Shown one piece after another: positions 11,683 to 19,921 of a stretch of 64,000 nucleotides of DNA. Numbering within the stretch: position 1 is the stretch's first letter; each line of letters begins with the position of its first letter. The notes below the pieces were generated by a model. The model was not told where the DNA came from and ran no database searches. It worked only from the letters and a program-made list of their open reading frames with translations. The position numbers were made by a program, and so were the translations under genes. The stretch comes from an uncultured delta proteobacterium (GTDB lineage: Bacteria; Desulfobacterota; Binatia; UBA9968): contig CAVTUQ010000019.1 of NCBI GenBank assembly GCA_963737905.1, forward strand, positions 183,584 through 247,583, read 5' to 3'.

Positions 11683-11738
11683 AACCATTGGGTTGAGACG
11701 GTCGCGGCAGACCGCGCCTCTCACCCACAACGTTAGAC
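11683..11738 (+). other. attC-like site 1, with the R'' box replaced by the IS end upstream of AAC
   Basis: AAC-CATTGGGTTGAGA...TCTCACCCACAAC-GTTAGAC; inner arms pair with one extra base; very similar to attC2. Confidence 0.8.
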
Positions 11739-11761
11739 AGCCGAAAGTCAGGAGAGCGCCG

Positions 11762-12625
11762 ATGATGGATCCGATCAGACGCAAAATCCTTCAAACAGGC
11801 GGCGCGGCAACGGTGATAATCGCAGCGCGGCGAGTGTTTGGTCAGCAAACTGCACAAGGAGGAGCTGCAATGTCGTTCTACAAAAAAGGCCCCGTTTGCA
11901 TTCAATATGAGGAGGCCGGTTCTGGCTTCCCGTTGTTGCTCGTTCCTGGCGGGGGATTGAACTCGACGATCGCCGGCTTGAAACGCGGCGGGCCTTTCAA
12001 TGCGATCGAAGAGTTCAAGGGAGAATACAGCTGCATCTTCTCGGACATGCGCAACGCCAATGGCGGTCAGTCCTACGGCCCACTTGAGATCGATCGGCCG
12101 TGGGATGCCTATACCGATGACCATATCGGTGTGATGGATCATTTAGGAATAGACAAGTTCATGGTCATGGGCTTCTGTATCGGCGGTCCGTTGATTTGGA
12201 ACCTTCTGAAGCGGGCACCCGATCGCATCGTCGCAGCCGTGCTGGCACAGCCCAGCGGATTCCGCCCGGAGCTGCCCAACCACTCGTACGACAACAACAT
12301 CAAGGGTTGGGGCCCCGAGCTGGTCAAGCGCCGGCCCGACATCACGATGGAGATGGTCGACAAATTTCTAACCAAGATGTACCGCACCAACCCCGACTTC
12401 GTCTGGACTGTGACACGCGATTTCGTGCGCAATTGCCGGACGCCGGTGCTGATCCTGCCGGATGATACCCCGCCGCATCCGTACGTCGTCGCCATGGAGG
12501 CCGCCATGCTTGCGCCGAAGGCAGAAGTGAGCATGTTCCCGTGGAAGGAGCCGAAGGAACGGATTCCCCTGGCGGTGCGCCAGATACGTTCCTTCCTCCG
12601 GGCGCACCGGCTCGCTTCTGTTTAG
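11762..12625 (+). CDS. Alpha/beta hydrolase (gene cassette 1)
   Basis: G.G.PLLLVPGGG; nucleophile elbow GFCIGG; Tat-like leader RRKIL; lies between attC1 and attC2. Confidence 0.85.
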   Translation: MMDPIRRKILQTGGAATVIIAARRVFGQQTAQGGAAMSFYKKGPVCIQYEEAGSGFPLLLVPGGGLNSTIAGLKRGGPFNAIEEFKGEYSCIFSDMRNANGGQSYGPLEIDRPWDAYTDDHIGVMDHLGIDKFMVMGFCIGGPLIWNLLKRAPDRIVAAVLAQPSGFRPELPNHSYDNNIKGWGPELVKRRPDITMEMVDKFLTKMYRTNPDFVWTVTRDFVRNCRTPVLILPDDTPPHPYVVAMEAAMLAPKAEVSMFPWKEPKERIPLAVRQIRSFLRAHRLASV

Positions 12626-12688
12626 ACGGAGGCGTCAGTACCAGAAGGCCGTCGACGCCAGGTGACCGCATGAAACCTTTCTTACGCC

Positions 12689-12748
12689 GTCTAACCATTG
12701 GGTTGAGAATGACGCGGCAGAGCGCCCCTCTCATCCATGGCGTCAGAC
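12689..12748 (+). other. attC-like site 2
   Basis: GTCTAAC-CATTGGGTTGAGA...TCTCATCCATGGC-GTCAGAC; R'' GTCTAAC is the complement of the cassette's 5' GTTAGAC; R' core is mutated GTT>GTC. Confidence 0.8.
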
Positions 12749-12781
12749 GTCAGTCTCAGTCAACAGGTTACGGAGGTGGCT

Positions 12782-13249
12782 ATGGAACCCAACTGCACAC
12801 CGATGCTGATAAGTACCAGGCCGGAATGGGAGGCGCGTCACAAAAAAGCGAGGACCTGTTGCAACTTGTGTATGGGATAACAGTGGAGGCTTGGAGTTAG
12901 CGGAAAGATTCTGGGACGCGGCTATTGCGGTTGATCCAGAAGCTAAACGAACTGGGGATAGCGTTATGGATCACCAAGTGCGCTTTCAGATTTGTGGACC
13001 GCCACTGGTTTTGCGAATGTTGAAACAAAGGCCCTGATTATTCCTATGGAGTTTACTTCCTTCGAGGATTTGTGGCGCATTGAGTCGAATGCCCAGGGAC
13101 CGCCTAAACTTTATATCAGTACTCTCTCTGAGCATCGCCAACAGGCATTGAAGGAGCGACTACGCACGGATATTCTTGGTAATCGCCCTGATGGATCGAT
13201 TATGCTTAGTGCCAAGGCTTGGGCAGTGCGCGGGGTGGTACCGGCATAG
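12782..13249 (+). pseudogene. Decayed class I SAM-dependent methyltransferase (gene cassette 2)
   Basis: Fragments DADKYQAGMG, VATCVWD..GG...FWDAA..VDP and F.SFEDLW...GP...L.A.AWAVRG lie in different frames; the SAM-binding core is deleted. Confidence 0.65.
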
Positions 13250-13285
13250 AATTTTTCCGCGGACTGGTTTTTCGCAAAACGGAGC

Positions 13286-13342
13286 GTCTAACTTGGCCTC
13301 AGACCGATCGCTTACAGCGCCGGCTGAGCGTGAACGTTGGCC
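13286..13342 (+). other. attC-like site 3
   Basis: GTCTAAC-TTGGCCTCAGACCG...CGGCTGAGCGTGAAC-GTTGGCC; 57 bp; inner arms CTCAG(A)CCG/CGGCTGAG. Confidence 0.75.
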
Positions 13343-13364
13343 TTCAAATTACCGAAGTTTGCTT

Positions 13365-14081
13365 ATGAAAATATTTCTGTCGCATCGCAGCCGAGATAAG
13401 GCGTTGGTCCGTGAGTTTAGGGACCTACTGCCAAGGTTCTTAGACGCTTGGCTCGACGAGGAAAGGCTTTCGTGGGGCGATTCCTTCCCAGGAGAGCTGA
13501 AGTCGAGCATTCAGTCGGGGGTCGATTTCTTAATCATATTCCTGGACAGGGAGGCGCTTAGTTCGGCATGGGTGAAACAGGAACTCCAATGGGCAATCGA
13601 ACGCGAAAAGGAATTGAAGAGGACGTTTATCCTGCCCATCCTGCTCGAAGAAGTTTCTCCTGAAAATCTGCCCACTGAGTTTTCCACGCGATTATACCTT
13701 CGACTGGACGATTTCAGCCGTGCGTCGGTTGAGGCATTGGCGACCAGAGCGACACTACAACTGTTTCGTTTGGTTGTCGAAAGTTTCTCAGCTGTCCAGC
13801 TCGAAATACCGCGTCGCGAATCGCTCAACGCAATCCGTGACGGGCTTAGTGCAGGGCAGGCTCGTCTGCTAGGGTATATAGTCCGACAATGCAGTGATGG
13901 CTCAGAGCTGACGCAACGCGAGATCGAGACTGCAATGGGACACGCCCATGGCTCAGCAGAACTCTTTTACCGACTGGAATCGCTGATCGCACAAGGTTTC
14001 CTATTGAAGCGGCGCATAGCGGCAGATGGACAGTTTTCATATCGACTAAGCAAGGACTTTGGGGAGTTACGAGAAGGCTAA
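13365..14081 (+). CDS. TIR-domain protein with a probable C-terminal winged helix (gene cassette 3)
   Basis: MKIFLSH...DK, WLDE..L.WGD, S.WV.QEL (catalytic Glu), ILPILLE; the TAA stop lies inside R'' of attC4, as is typical of cassettes. Confidence 0.85.
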   Translation: MKIFLSHRSRDKALVREFRDLLPRFLDAWLDEERLSWGDSFPGELKSSIQSGVDFLIIFLDREALSSAWVKQELQWAIEREKELKRTFILPILLEEVSPENLPTEFSTRLYLRLDDFSRASVEALATRATLQLFRLVVESFSAVQLEIPRRESLNAIRDGLSAGQARLLGYIVRQCSDGSELTQREIETAMGHAHGSAELFYRLESLIAQGFLLKRRIAADGQFSYRLSKDFGELREG

Positions 14082-14163
14082 CCAAGCGTTGGACCGAACG
14101 GTGAATAGCGGCGATCGTGATGGCAGCGATTTTTCGCGCCGCCGGTCAACTCGGCTGTTAAGC
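14076..14163 (+). other. attC-like site 4
   Basis: GGCTAAC-CAAGCGTTGGACCG...CGGTCAACTCGGCT-GTTAAGC; arms GTTG(G)ACCG/CGGTCAAC with an extrahelical G; 88 bp. Confidence 0.8.
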
Positions 14164-14223
14164 TGCCTGCACTATGCCACCTTGACACTTGTCAATTTCG
14201 TTCAGATACGCCAGATATGATCC

Positions 14224-15065
14224 ATGACAACCATCAACCAAAATCGCACGCGAATGAACGACGCTCTTGATCCCTCATCTATCCTCCAAACCGCTTTCGG
14301 TTTTTGGCATTCCAAAGTCCTGCTCACGGCCGTCGAGTTCGGTGTGTTCACGAAACTCGCCGGTCGCCGTCTCACCGGCGCCACCCAGCGGCGCATCGGA
14401 CGATTCGAGTTGGCGAACGGCGGTACGATCTTTCTCGACGAGGTTACCGAGTTGCCCATCGATACGCAGGTCAAGCTGTGCGCGTGCTGCAAGAAGGAGA
14501 GTTCGAACGAGTCGGAAGCAGCAGACGATCAAAGTCGATGTGCGCGCCATCGCCGCCACCAATCGAGCTCAATGAGGTTGTGAAGAACGGAACCTTTCGG
14601 TCGGATCTTTTTTACCGGCTCAACGTGTTTCCTCTGAGGGTGTCGGCGCTGCGCGAACGGAAAGATGATATTTCGCTCCTGGTCAATTTCTTTCTGAGCA
14701 AATTTGGCAAGAAATTGGGTAAAGAGGTGCGGGGTGTCTCTCAGAGATCGATGGATAGTTTGGTCAACTACGACTGGCCGGGAAACGTGCGTGAATTACA
14801 AAACATCATTGAGCGCGCGGTGGTGCTCGCCGCGGGTCCGATCGTCCAGATCGACGACTCGATGATGCGCTCCGGTGAAGCGGCGCAGGAGTCGGCCCTC
14901 GATACGCTTGAGAATGCTGAACGCAATCACGTCCTGCGGGCGTTGTACGAAACCCATTGGATTGTTCACGGCAAGAAGGGCGCGGCGGAGATCCTTGGGA
15001 TCAACCCCAGTACCTTGCGATCGCGGATGGAGAAGCTTGGAATAAGGCGGCCAGCGCAATCGTAA
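14224..15065 (+). pseudogene. Chimeric remnant: O-methyltransferase dimerisation N-terminus fused to a frameshifted sigma-54 activator (FhlA/NifA-like) C-terminal half
   Basis: [15 protein letters not shown], then [39 protein letters not shown] and a Fis-type HTH AAEILGI.PSTL; several frameshifts at about 14480-14575. Confidence 0.8.
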
Positions 15066-15110
15066 AAGTTCCAGTCGTTTCAATTGTTCCAGAAGTTCCA
15101 GCGGTTGAGG

Positions 15111-15776
15111 TCAACGGTCCGTTGGACGGTTCAACGACGACGACTTGAACGAATGGAACAACTGGAGCTTTTGGAACCTCGGCCATCGCGGCGCCCATAT
15201 GATGACCAACCGGTACCCGAGCAGCAGCGCCAATATCGCACCGTATTGAAACGGCCGGCGAATATCGGCTTTCACCAACCAGTAGAAATGAATGACGCCG
15301 GCGATTGCCGCGATATAAACCAAGCGGTGCAACCGCTGCCAGCGCTTGCCCAGCCTGCGAATCATAGCTGCCGTCGAGGTGATCGCCAGCGGGATCATAA
15401 GCACGAAGCCGGTAAATCCCGCGGTCACATAGGGGCGCTTGATGATGTCTTTGACGATCGCTTGAAAATCAAAGAAATGATCGAGCACCAGGTAAGTCGA
15501 GAAGTGCAGGCCCGCGTAGAAGAAGGCGAACAGTCCTAGCATCCGCCGGAACTTGATTATCTCGTTCCATCCAAAGATTTTGCGTAGCGGTGTCACGCTG
15601 AGTGTTGCCAGCAAGAAGATCAAAGTCCAATCGCCGGTAAAGTGCGTGATAAACTCGATCGGGTTTGCTGTCAGATCACCAGCCCATGCGTTGTACAGTA
15701 GCTGCCCCAACGGGATGAGACAGGCGATAAAGACAGCGAGTTTTAAGCGGGACAACATAGTCGGCATATAGCTCAT
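15111..15776 (-). CDS. msrQ: Sulfoxide reductase heme-binding subunit
   Basis: H.TG.W.L..L..TL..TPL, RRMLGL.AFFY..LH, W.RLHRLVY; adjacent to msrP. Confidence 0.95.
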   Translation of the reverse strand: MSYMPTMLSRLKLAVFIACLIPLGQLLYNAWAGDLTANPIEFITHFTGDWTLIFLLATLSVTPLRKIFGWNEIIKFRRMLGLFAFFYAGLHFSTYLVLDHFFDFQAIVKDIIKRPYVTAGFTGFVLMIPLAITSTAAMIRRLGKRWQRLHRLVYIAAIAGVIHFYWLVKADIRRPFQYGAILALLLGYRLVIIWAPRWPRFQKLQLFHSFKSSSLNRPTDR

Positions 15777-15868
15777 GGTTTATAGCATATGGCGCGGCCT
15801 ATGACTTATCGCAGCGTCTGCTCTCGATTGGTGCATAGCCGAGCCATACGCTATAGGCCATACGCCAT
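15767..15868. repeat. 7-nt periodic TATGGC/GCCATA inverted repeat
   Basis: TATAGCTCATGGTTTATAGCATATGGCG...GCCATACGCTATAGGCCATACGCCAT; related copies at about 20870, 21965 and 38110. Confidence 0.7.
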
Positions 15869-15876
15869 TTACTCTC

Positions 15877-16839
15877 CTAATAATACTTCTTCAAATCCAT
15901 CCCACGGTAAAGGTCCGCGACCTGTTCACCGTAGCCGTTGAACATCAAGGTCTTTCGCCTGAGGAATTCACCGATGCGCCGTTCCGTCGCCTGGCTCCAG
16001 CGCGGGTGGTCGACTTCGGGGTTTACGTTGGAATAAAAGCCGTATTCCTGCGGCTGCATCAGGTTCCAGGCGGTGGGTGGTTGTTTTTCGACGAAGCGGA
16101 TCTTGACGATGGATTTGATGCTCTTGAAGCCGTATTTCCACGGCACGACAAGCCGGATTGGCGCTCCGTTTTGCGAGGGTAGTGTTTCCCCATACAGGCC
16201 CACAGACAGTATCGTCAACGGGTGCATCGCTTCGTCCATCCGCAGTCCTTCGACATAGGGCCATTCCAGCACGGGGAATTTTTGCCCGGGCATGCGCTTT
16301 GGATCTTGTAGTGTGACAAACTGGATGTACTTTGCTTTGCCGGTGGGCTCCGCGAGCTTGACGAGCGAATTCAAAGGAAAGCCGACCCAGGGAATCACCA
16401 TCGACCAGGCCTCGACGCAACGCAAGCGATAGATTCTTTCTTCCAGCGGGGCGATCTTTATGAGCGTGTCAATGTCGTAGGTTTTTGGTTTATTAATTTC
16501 ACCCTCGACGGCGATCGTCCAGGGACGGGTCGTGAGATATTTGGCGTTTTCTGCCGGATCGCCTTTGTCGGTACCGAGTTCATAGAAGTTGTTGTAGGTT
16601 GTGATGTCTTTAAGTGAATTCAATTTTTCGCTGGTACTGAACGAGCTTTTGCGAAGGTCGCTCAATTTTTCTCCCGCGATGACTTGACGAGGCGAGAGAG
16701 ACGCACCGAACCCGCTGAGGACTGCGCCGGCGGATAGCGCCGTGGCGGACGCAGCGAGAATAAACTGACGCCGGTTCAAGTAAAGATCTTTGGGGGTGAT
16801 CTCAGATGACTTTATGTCGTTCGATTTCGTGATCAGCAT
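15877..16839 (-). CDS. msrP: Protein-methionine-sulfoxide reductase catalytic (molybdopterin) subunit
   Basis: [13 protein letters not shown] Tat leader, [44 protein letters not shown]. Confidence 0.97.
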   Translation of the reverse strand: MLITKSNDIKSSEITPKDLYLNRRQFILAASATALSAGAVLSGFGASLSPRQVIAGEKLSDLRKSSFSTSEKLNSLKDITTYNNFYELGTDKGDPAENAKYLTTRPWTIAVEGEINKPKTYDIDTLIKIAPLEERIYRLRCVEAWSMVIPWVGFPLNSLVKLAEPTGKAKYIQFVTLQDPKRMPGQKFPVLEWPYVEGLRMDEAMHPLTILSVGLYGETLPSQNGAPIRLVVPWKYGFKSIKSIVKIRFVEKQPPTAWNLMQPQEYGFYSNVNPEVDHPRWSQATERRIGEFLRRKTLMFNGYGEQVADLYRGMDLKKYY

Positions 16840-16889
16840 TCGGTTTCCTCCTCACTGCTATTTACGCGCGACCCTTCGCGAAAGATTGG

Positions 16890-17462
16890 CTAGAGGTCCT
16901 TCTCTGCCAGGAGCTGCTTGATAAGCGCTTCAGTTTTCTCATAGGCGCCCTCGCCGACATGGCCGTACCGGATAATACCTTTTTTGTCGATCAAAATCGT
17001 TGTCGGCCACGCCCAGATCCCGTAACGCTTCCAAATATCGAAGCCGTTGTCCTGTACGACCGGGTAGCGGATCCCCAGTTGCTCTGTTGCCGTTTTCACC
17101 TTGTTCAGGGGTTTCTCCCAGAAAAATTCAGGCGAGTGGACTCCTACAATTGTAAAACCTTGCTTTTCGTACTTGTCGTACCAGCCCCGCAACTGCGGGA
17201 CAACGTTTTTGCAGTTAATTCAGCCGTAAGTCCAGAATTCGACCAGAACAACACGACCTTTCAAATCATTAATCGCAAGCGGCTCGCTATTAAGCCAAGG
17301 TCCGCCCGAAATGTCCGGAGCAGGCTTGCCGCTTGAAAAGGGTTGCGCCCGGCCCGGCCATAATAACCATGCGATCAGCGTAATGGCTAAAGCAAACGAG
17401 GAAACGGCTTGGCAACGAAAGATTTTACTCGCCCCTATAGTCGAACTGGTTTGTCTCCGCAT
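16890..17462 (-). CDS. Selenocysteine-containing TlpA/DipZ-like thioredoxin-fold oxidoreductase (UxxC)
   Basis: ORFs 17220..17525 and 16890..17192 are in one frame, separated only by TGA at 17220-17222: LKGRVVLVEFWTYG-U-INC...VGVHSPEF...AWPT; AAGGGG RBS before 17462. Confidence 0.85.
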
Positions 17463-17587
17463 TAGCAGCCCCTTGTTTATAGATGATAACTCGACGGGTA
17501 TCGGTGCAAGGAATCCCCCGTGCATTTAGAACGCGCCGAAGCCGCTGAAAGTTCCAGGACAAGTATGCCAGGGGTGGAATGAGAGGG

Positions 17588-17614
17588 AAATAGGGGAGCC
17601 AATCTCCCCTATTT
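17588..17614. terminator. Intrinsic terminator-like hairpin
   Basis: AAATAGGGGAG-CCAAT-CTCCCCTATTT just downstream of the small minus-strand gene. Confidence 0.6.
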
Positions 17615-17626
17615 TGTTTGTGGAGG

Positions 17627-17839
17627 TTAGTGAAGGTGGTGGCTTCTTATCGTTGGACTGTCAAATTCTTGATCGAGATCGATAGGATGTGAAGCTTTCT
17701 TGAGCATTTCGATCAGGGCCAGCCGTGCCAGCCGGTAGGCGTCTTTATCATTATCAGAGTATTCAAAGGCTACTTCGCTGGCTGCAGCGATCAGTTCGCC
17801 CAGGGTGGTGTCAATCTTTTTCGTGCTGCGGTTTTCCAT
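17627..17839 (-). CDS. Small hypothetical protein
   Basis: AAGGAG RBS; T.LGELIAA..E.A pattern; followed by a terminator. Confidence 0.6.
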   Translation of the reverse strand: MENRSTKKIDTTLGELIAAASEVAFEYSDNDKDAYRLARLALIEMLKKASHPIDLDQEFDSPTIRSHHLH

Positions 17840-18044
17840 CGCTTGAATTGCTCCTTTCATCCGGTGTCCTTGGATAAAACTGTTTTATTCAATCGCAACC
17901 TTCGGATTTTCAGGGTTCTCGACCTCGCGCACAGTTTATGGCCTCGTTATTTAGACGATCAGGAGGCGAAAAAGGTGCACACCGATCTGATGAAAATCTT
18001 GAAAAATGGAAAATACGCTGAGGAATGGCTGCCTTGGGGAAGGA

Positions 18045-18800
18045 CTACTCTGCGGACTGAAGAGGAACGTCGACCATTTTTTTGAAAATCGGGTCCTGTT
18101 TGACGCGGTTGAACTCCTCTGTGCTTACGTAACCGACCGCGGCCATTCGGCTCAAGATGAGATTTCTTCTGTTGGTGAGATTTCTTTCTCTGGCAGCGCG
18201 CGGGCTGGGGAGGAGGGCAGCGAGTGTGGCCGCTTCGACTATGTTGAGGTCGGCCGCGGGCTTGGCGAAATAATGGCGCGCCGCCGCCTCAGCGCCATAA
18301 ACGTTTGGTCCCCATTCCACGACGTTTAGGTAAATTTCGAAAATACGCTTTTTTGACAGAACTTGTTCGAGCTGCCAAGCGATGACAATTTCCTTAGCCT
18401 TTCGCAAGGGGTTCTTCGAGGGATTAAGATACAGATTCTTGGCGAGTTGCATAGTGATCGTGCTGCCGCCTCGCGCGAAGCTACCCGTTTCCCAGTCCTT
18501 CTTCAGGGCTTCCTGGAGCTCTTTGGCGTCCACTCCCGCGTGGCTAAAAAATGATGCATCTTCACTGATCAAAACGGCCTTTTTTAAGTGTTCGGATATC
18601 GCGCCGTAAGCGACCCAGATTTGCTGACGCGCGTTTGTCGTGCCCTTTTGTTTGTATTCATGATCCCGCAACTCTATGAGCGCAGTGGTTTTTGGATTTT
18701 TCGTTTGGAGAACCTTGACGTCGGGAAGGGTCCGGTAAAAATAAGCGATAGAAGCTACGACGGCGGTCAGAAAAAGGCTTTTAAGAAGAATTCTTTTCAT
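18045..18800 (-). CDS. mtgA: Monofunctional biosynthetic peptidoglycan transglycosylase
   Basis: SED..FF.H.G, RGGSTITMQLAKNL, RK.KE, IFEIYLN.VEWG GT51 motifs. Confidence 0.92.
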   Translation of the reverse strand: MKRILLKSLFLTAVVASIAYFYRTLPDVKVLQTKNPKTTALIELRDHEYKQKGTTNARQQIWVAYGAISEHLKKAVLISEDASFFSHAGVDAKELQEALKKDWETGSFARGGSTITMQLAKNLYLNPSKNPLRKAKEIVIAWQLEQVLSKKRIFEIYLNVVEWGPNVYGAEAAARHYFAKPAADLNIVEAATLAALLPSPRAARERNLTNRRNLILSRMAAVGYVSTEEFNRVKQDPIFKKMVDVPLQSAE

Positions 18801-19848
18801 GGTTCGCGAGAATCTCTGCGGCTTTGAAAGTCATGGATGACACGGGAAAATCCGAAAGGGAGGCAGGTGATAACCAGCGCCATCGCCGGTCAGGTAAACG
18901 GAGCTTCGTCCCTTTAGGCAAATCCATGAGATAGACAGGCGAACGAATTTTTCGATGGGTGATGCTGTGGCGGAACTCGCCGATGCGGCGCTTCCGGCGC
19001 GAGATTCTCGCCAATGCCGCCGGTTGGCCCGGCAGTGATTCTCGCGGCCCCTTGCGCGGGGTTTTCTCACCGCCGGGAAACTCCCACAAGCCGGCCAGAA
19101 TTCCTTTGTTCAGCCGTTGTCGCAGCAGAACTTTCCCGTCCCTTCGAAAGATTGCCAAGGGCCATTCAATCTCTTGGATCGGCGCGGATTTCTTAGTCGC
19201 AAGGCTCTCGGGTCGTTGATCCGTGGCGCGCGCCGCACAGTGGGCGGCAACAGGACAACGCGGGCAACGTGGATCTTTGGGAATACAAATCATCGCGCCA
19301 AGCTCCATCAAACCCTGGTTAAAATAACCGGGATGTGACTTCGATACGAGCCGCGTTGCGGCTTGCCGCAGCTCTCTAGCGTTCTTTGGAGTGAAGAGGC
19401 GATGCAAGACACGATGCGCGTTGCCGTCTATTGCCGGATAGGGTTTCTGAAAGGCGATGCTCATTAAAGCCCCGGCGGTGTAGTCACCGACGCCAGGCAG
19501 CGAAAGGAGGGCATCATAATCGACGGGAAGATGACCGCTGTATTTACGCACGATCTCACGGGCGCTTTTCTTAAGATTCTCCGCGCGGCGATAGTAGCCG
19601 AGCCCGGACCAGAGCGCTAAGACTTTTCCCAGCGGCGCTCGGTGCAGGTCGTGCACGGTCGGCAGCTCGCGCAGAAAGCGTTCATAATACGGCGTGACGG
19701 TGGCGACCTGGGTCTGCTGGAGCATCGTCTCGGCAATCCAGAGTGCATAAGGATCGCGGGTTCTGCGCCACGGAAGGTCTCGCCGATGCTTGTCATACCA
19801 GCGGAGCAGCTTGTGGCGAATCGCCGAAAGATTCTTAAGCGGCATCAA
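18781..19848 (-). CDS. mutY: A/G-specific adenine glycosylase
   Basis: R.LPWR...DPY..W..E.MLQQT, W.GLGYYRRA, HhH LPGVG.YTA, CxxxxPxCxxCPxxxxC, NUDIX-like C-terminus. Confidence 0.95.
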   Translation of the reverse strand: MMPLKNLSAIRHKLLRWYDKHRRDLPWRRTRDPYALWIAETMLQQTQVATVTPYYERFLRELPTVHDLHRAPLGKVLALWSGLGYYRRAENLKKSAREIVRKYSGHLPVDYDALLSLPGVGDYTAGALMSIAFQKPYPAIDGNAHRVLHRLFTPKNARELRQAATRLVSKSHPGYFNQGLMELGAMICIPKDPRCPRCPVAAHCAARATDQRPESLATKKSAPIQEIEWPLAIFRRDGKVLLRQRLNKGILAGLWEFPGGEKTPRKGPRESLPGQPAALARISRRKRRIGEFRHSITHRKIRSPVYLMDLPKGTKLRLPDRRWRWLSPASLSDFPVSSMTFKAAEILANHEKNSS

Positions 19849-19921
19849 TGCAATCGTGGAGGAATTTTAGTATTGAATTAGATTAAACGAAAAATCTCCG
19901 GAAAGAAAACCACCGGCCCCT

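Larger units (their letters stand above)
9321..11685 (-). mobile_element. IS91-family element encoding an HUH transposase and a tyrosine recombinase
   Basis: Two overlapping genes bounded by imperfect inverted ends GTTCAAG-AAGCC (9321) and GGCTTACTTGAAC (11673-11685); the ends contain the GTTC/CTTG tetranucleotides typical of IS91. Confidence 0.8.

Noticed and set aside
11683-14163. CRISPR array or REP interpretation of the repeated hairpins
   Set aside because: The units are separated by whole genes, vary in sequence and have RYYYAAC/GTTRRRY ends; no cas genes are present
16890-17525. Two separate small ORFs or a nonsense pseudogene
   Set aside because: The single TGA aligns with the catalytic Cys and is followed by a SECIS-like hairpin, so Sec read-through is the simpler explanation
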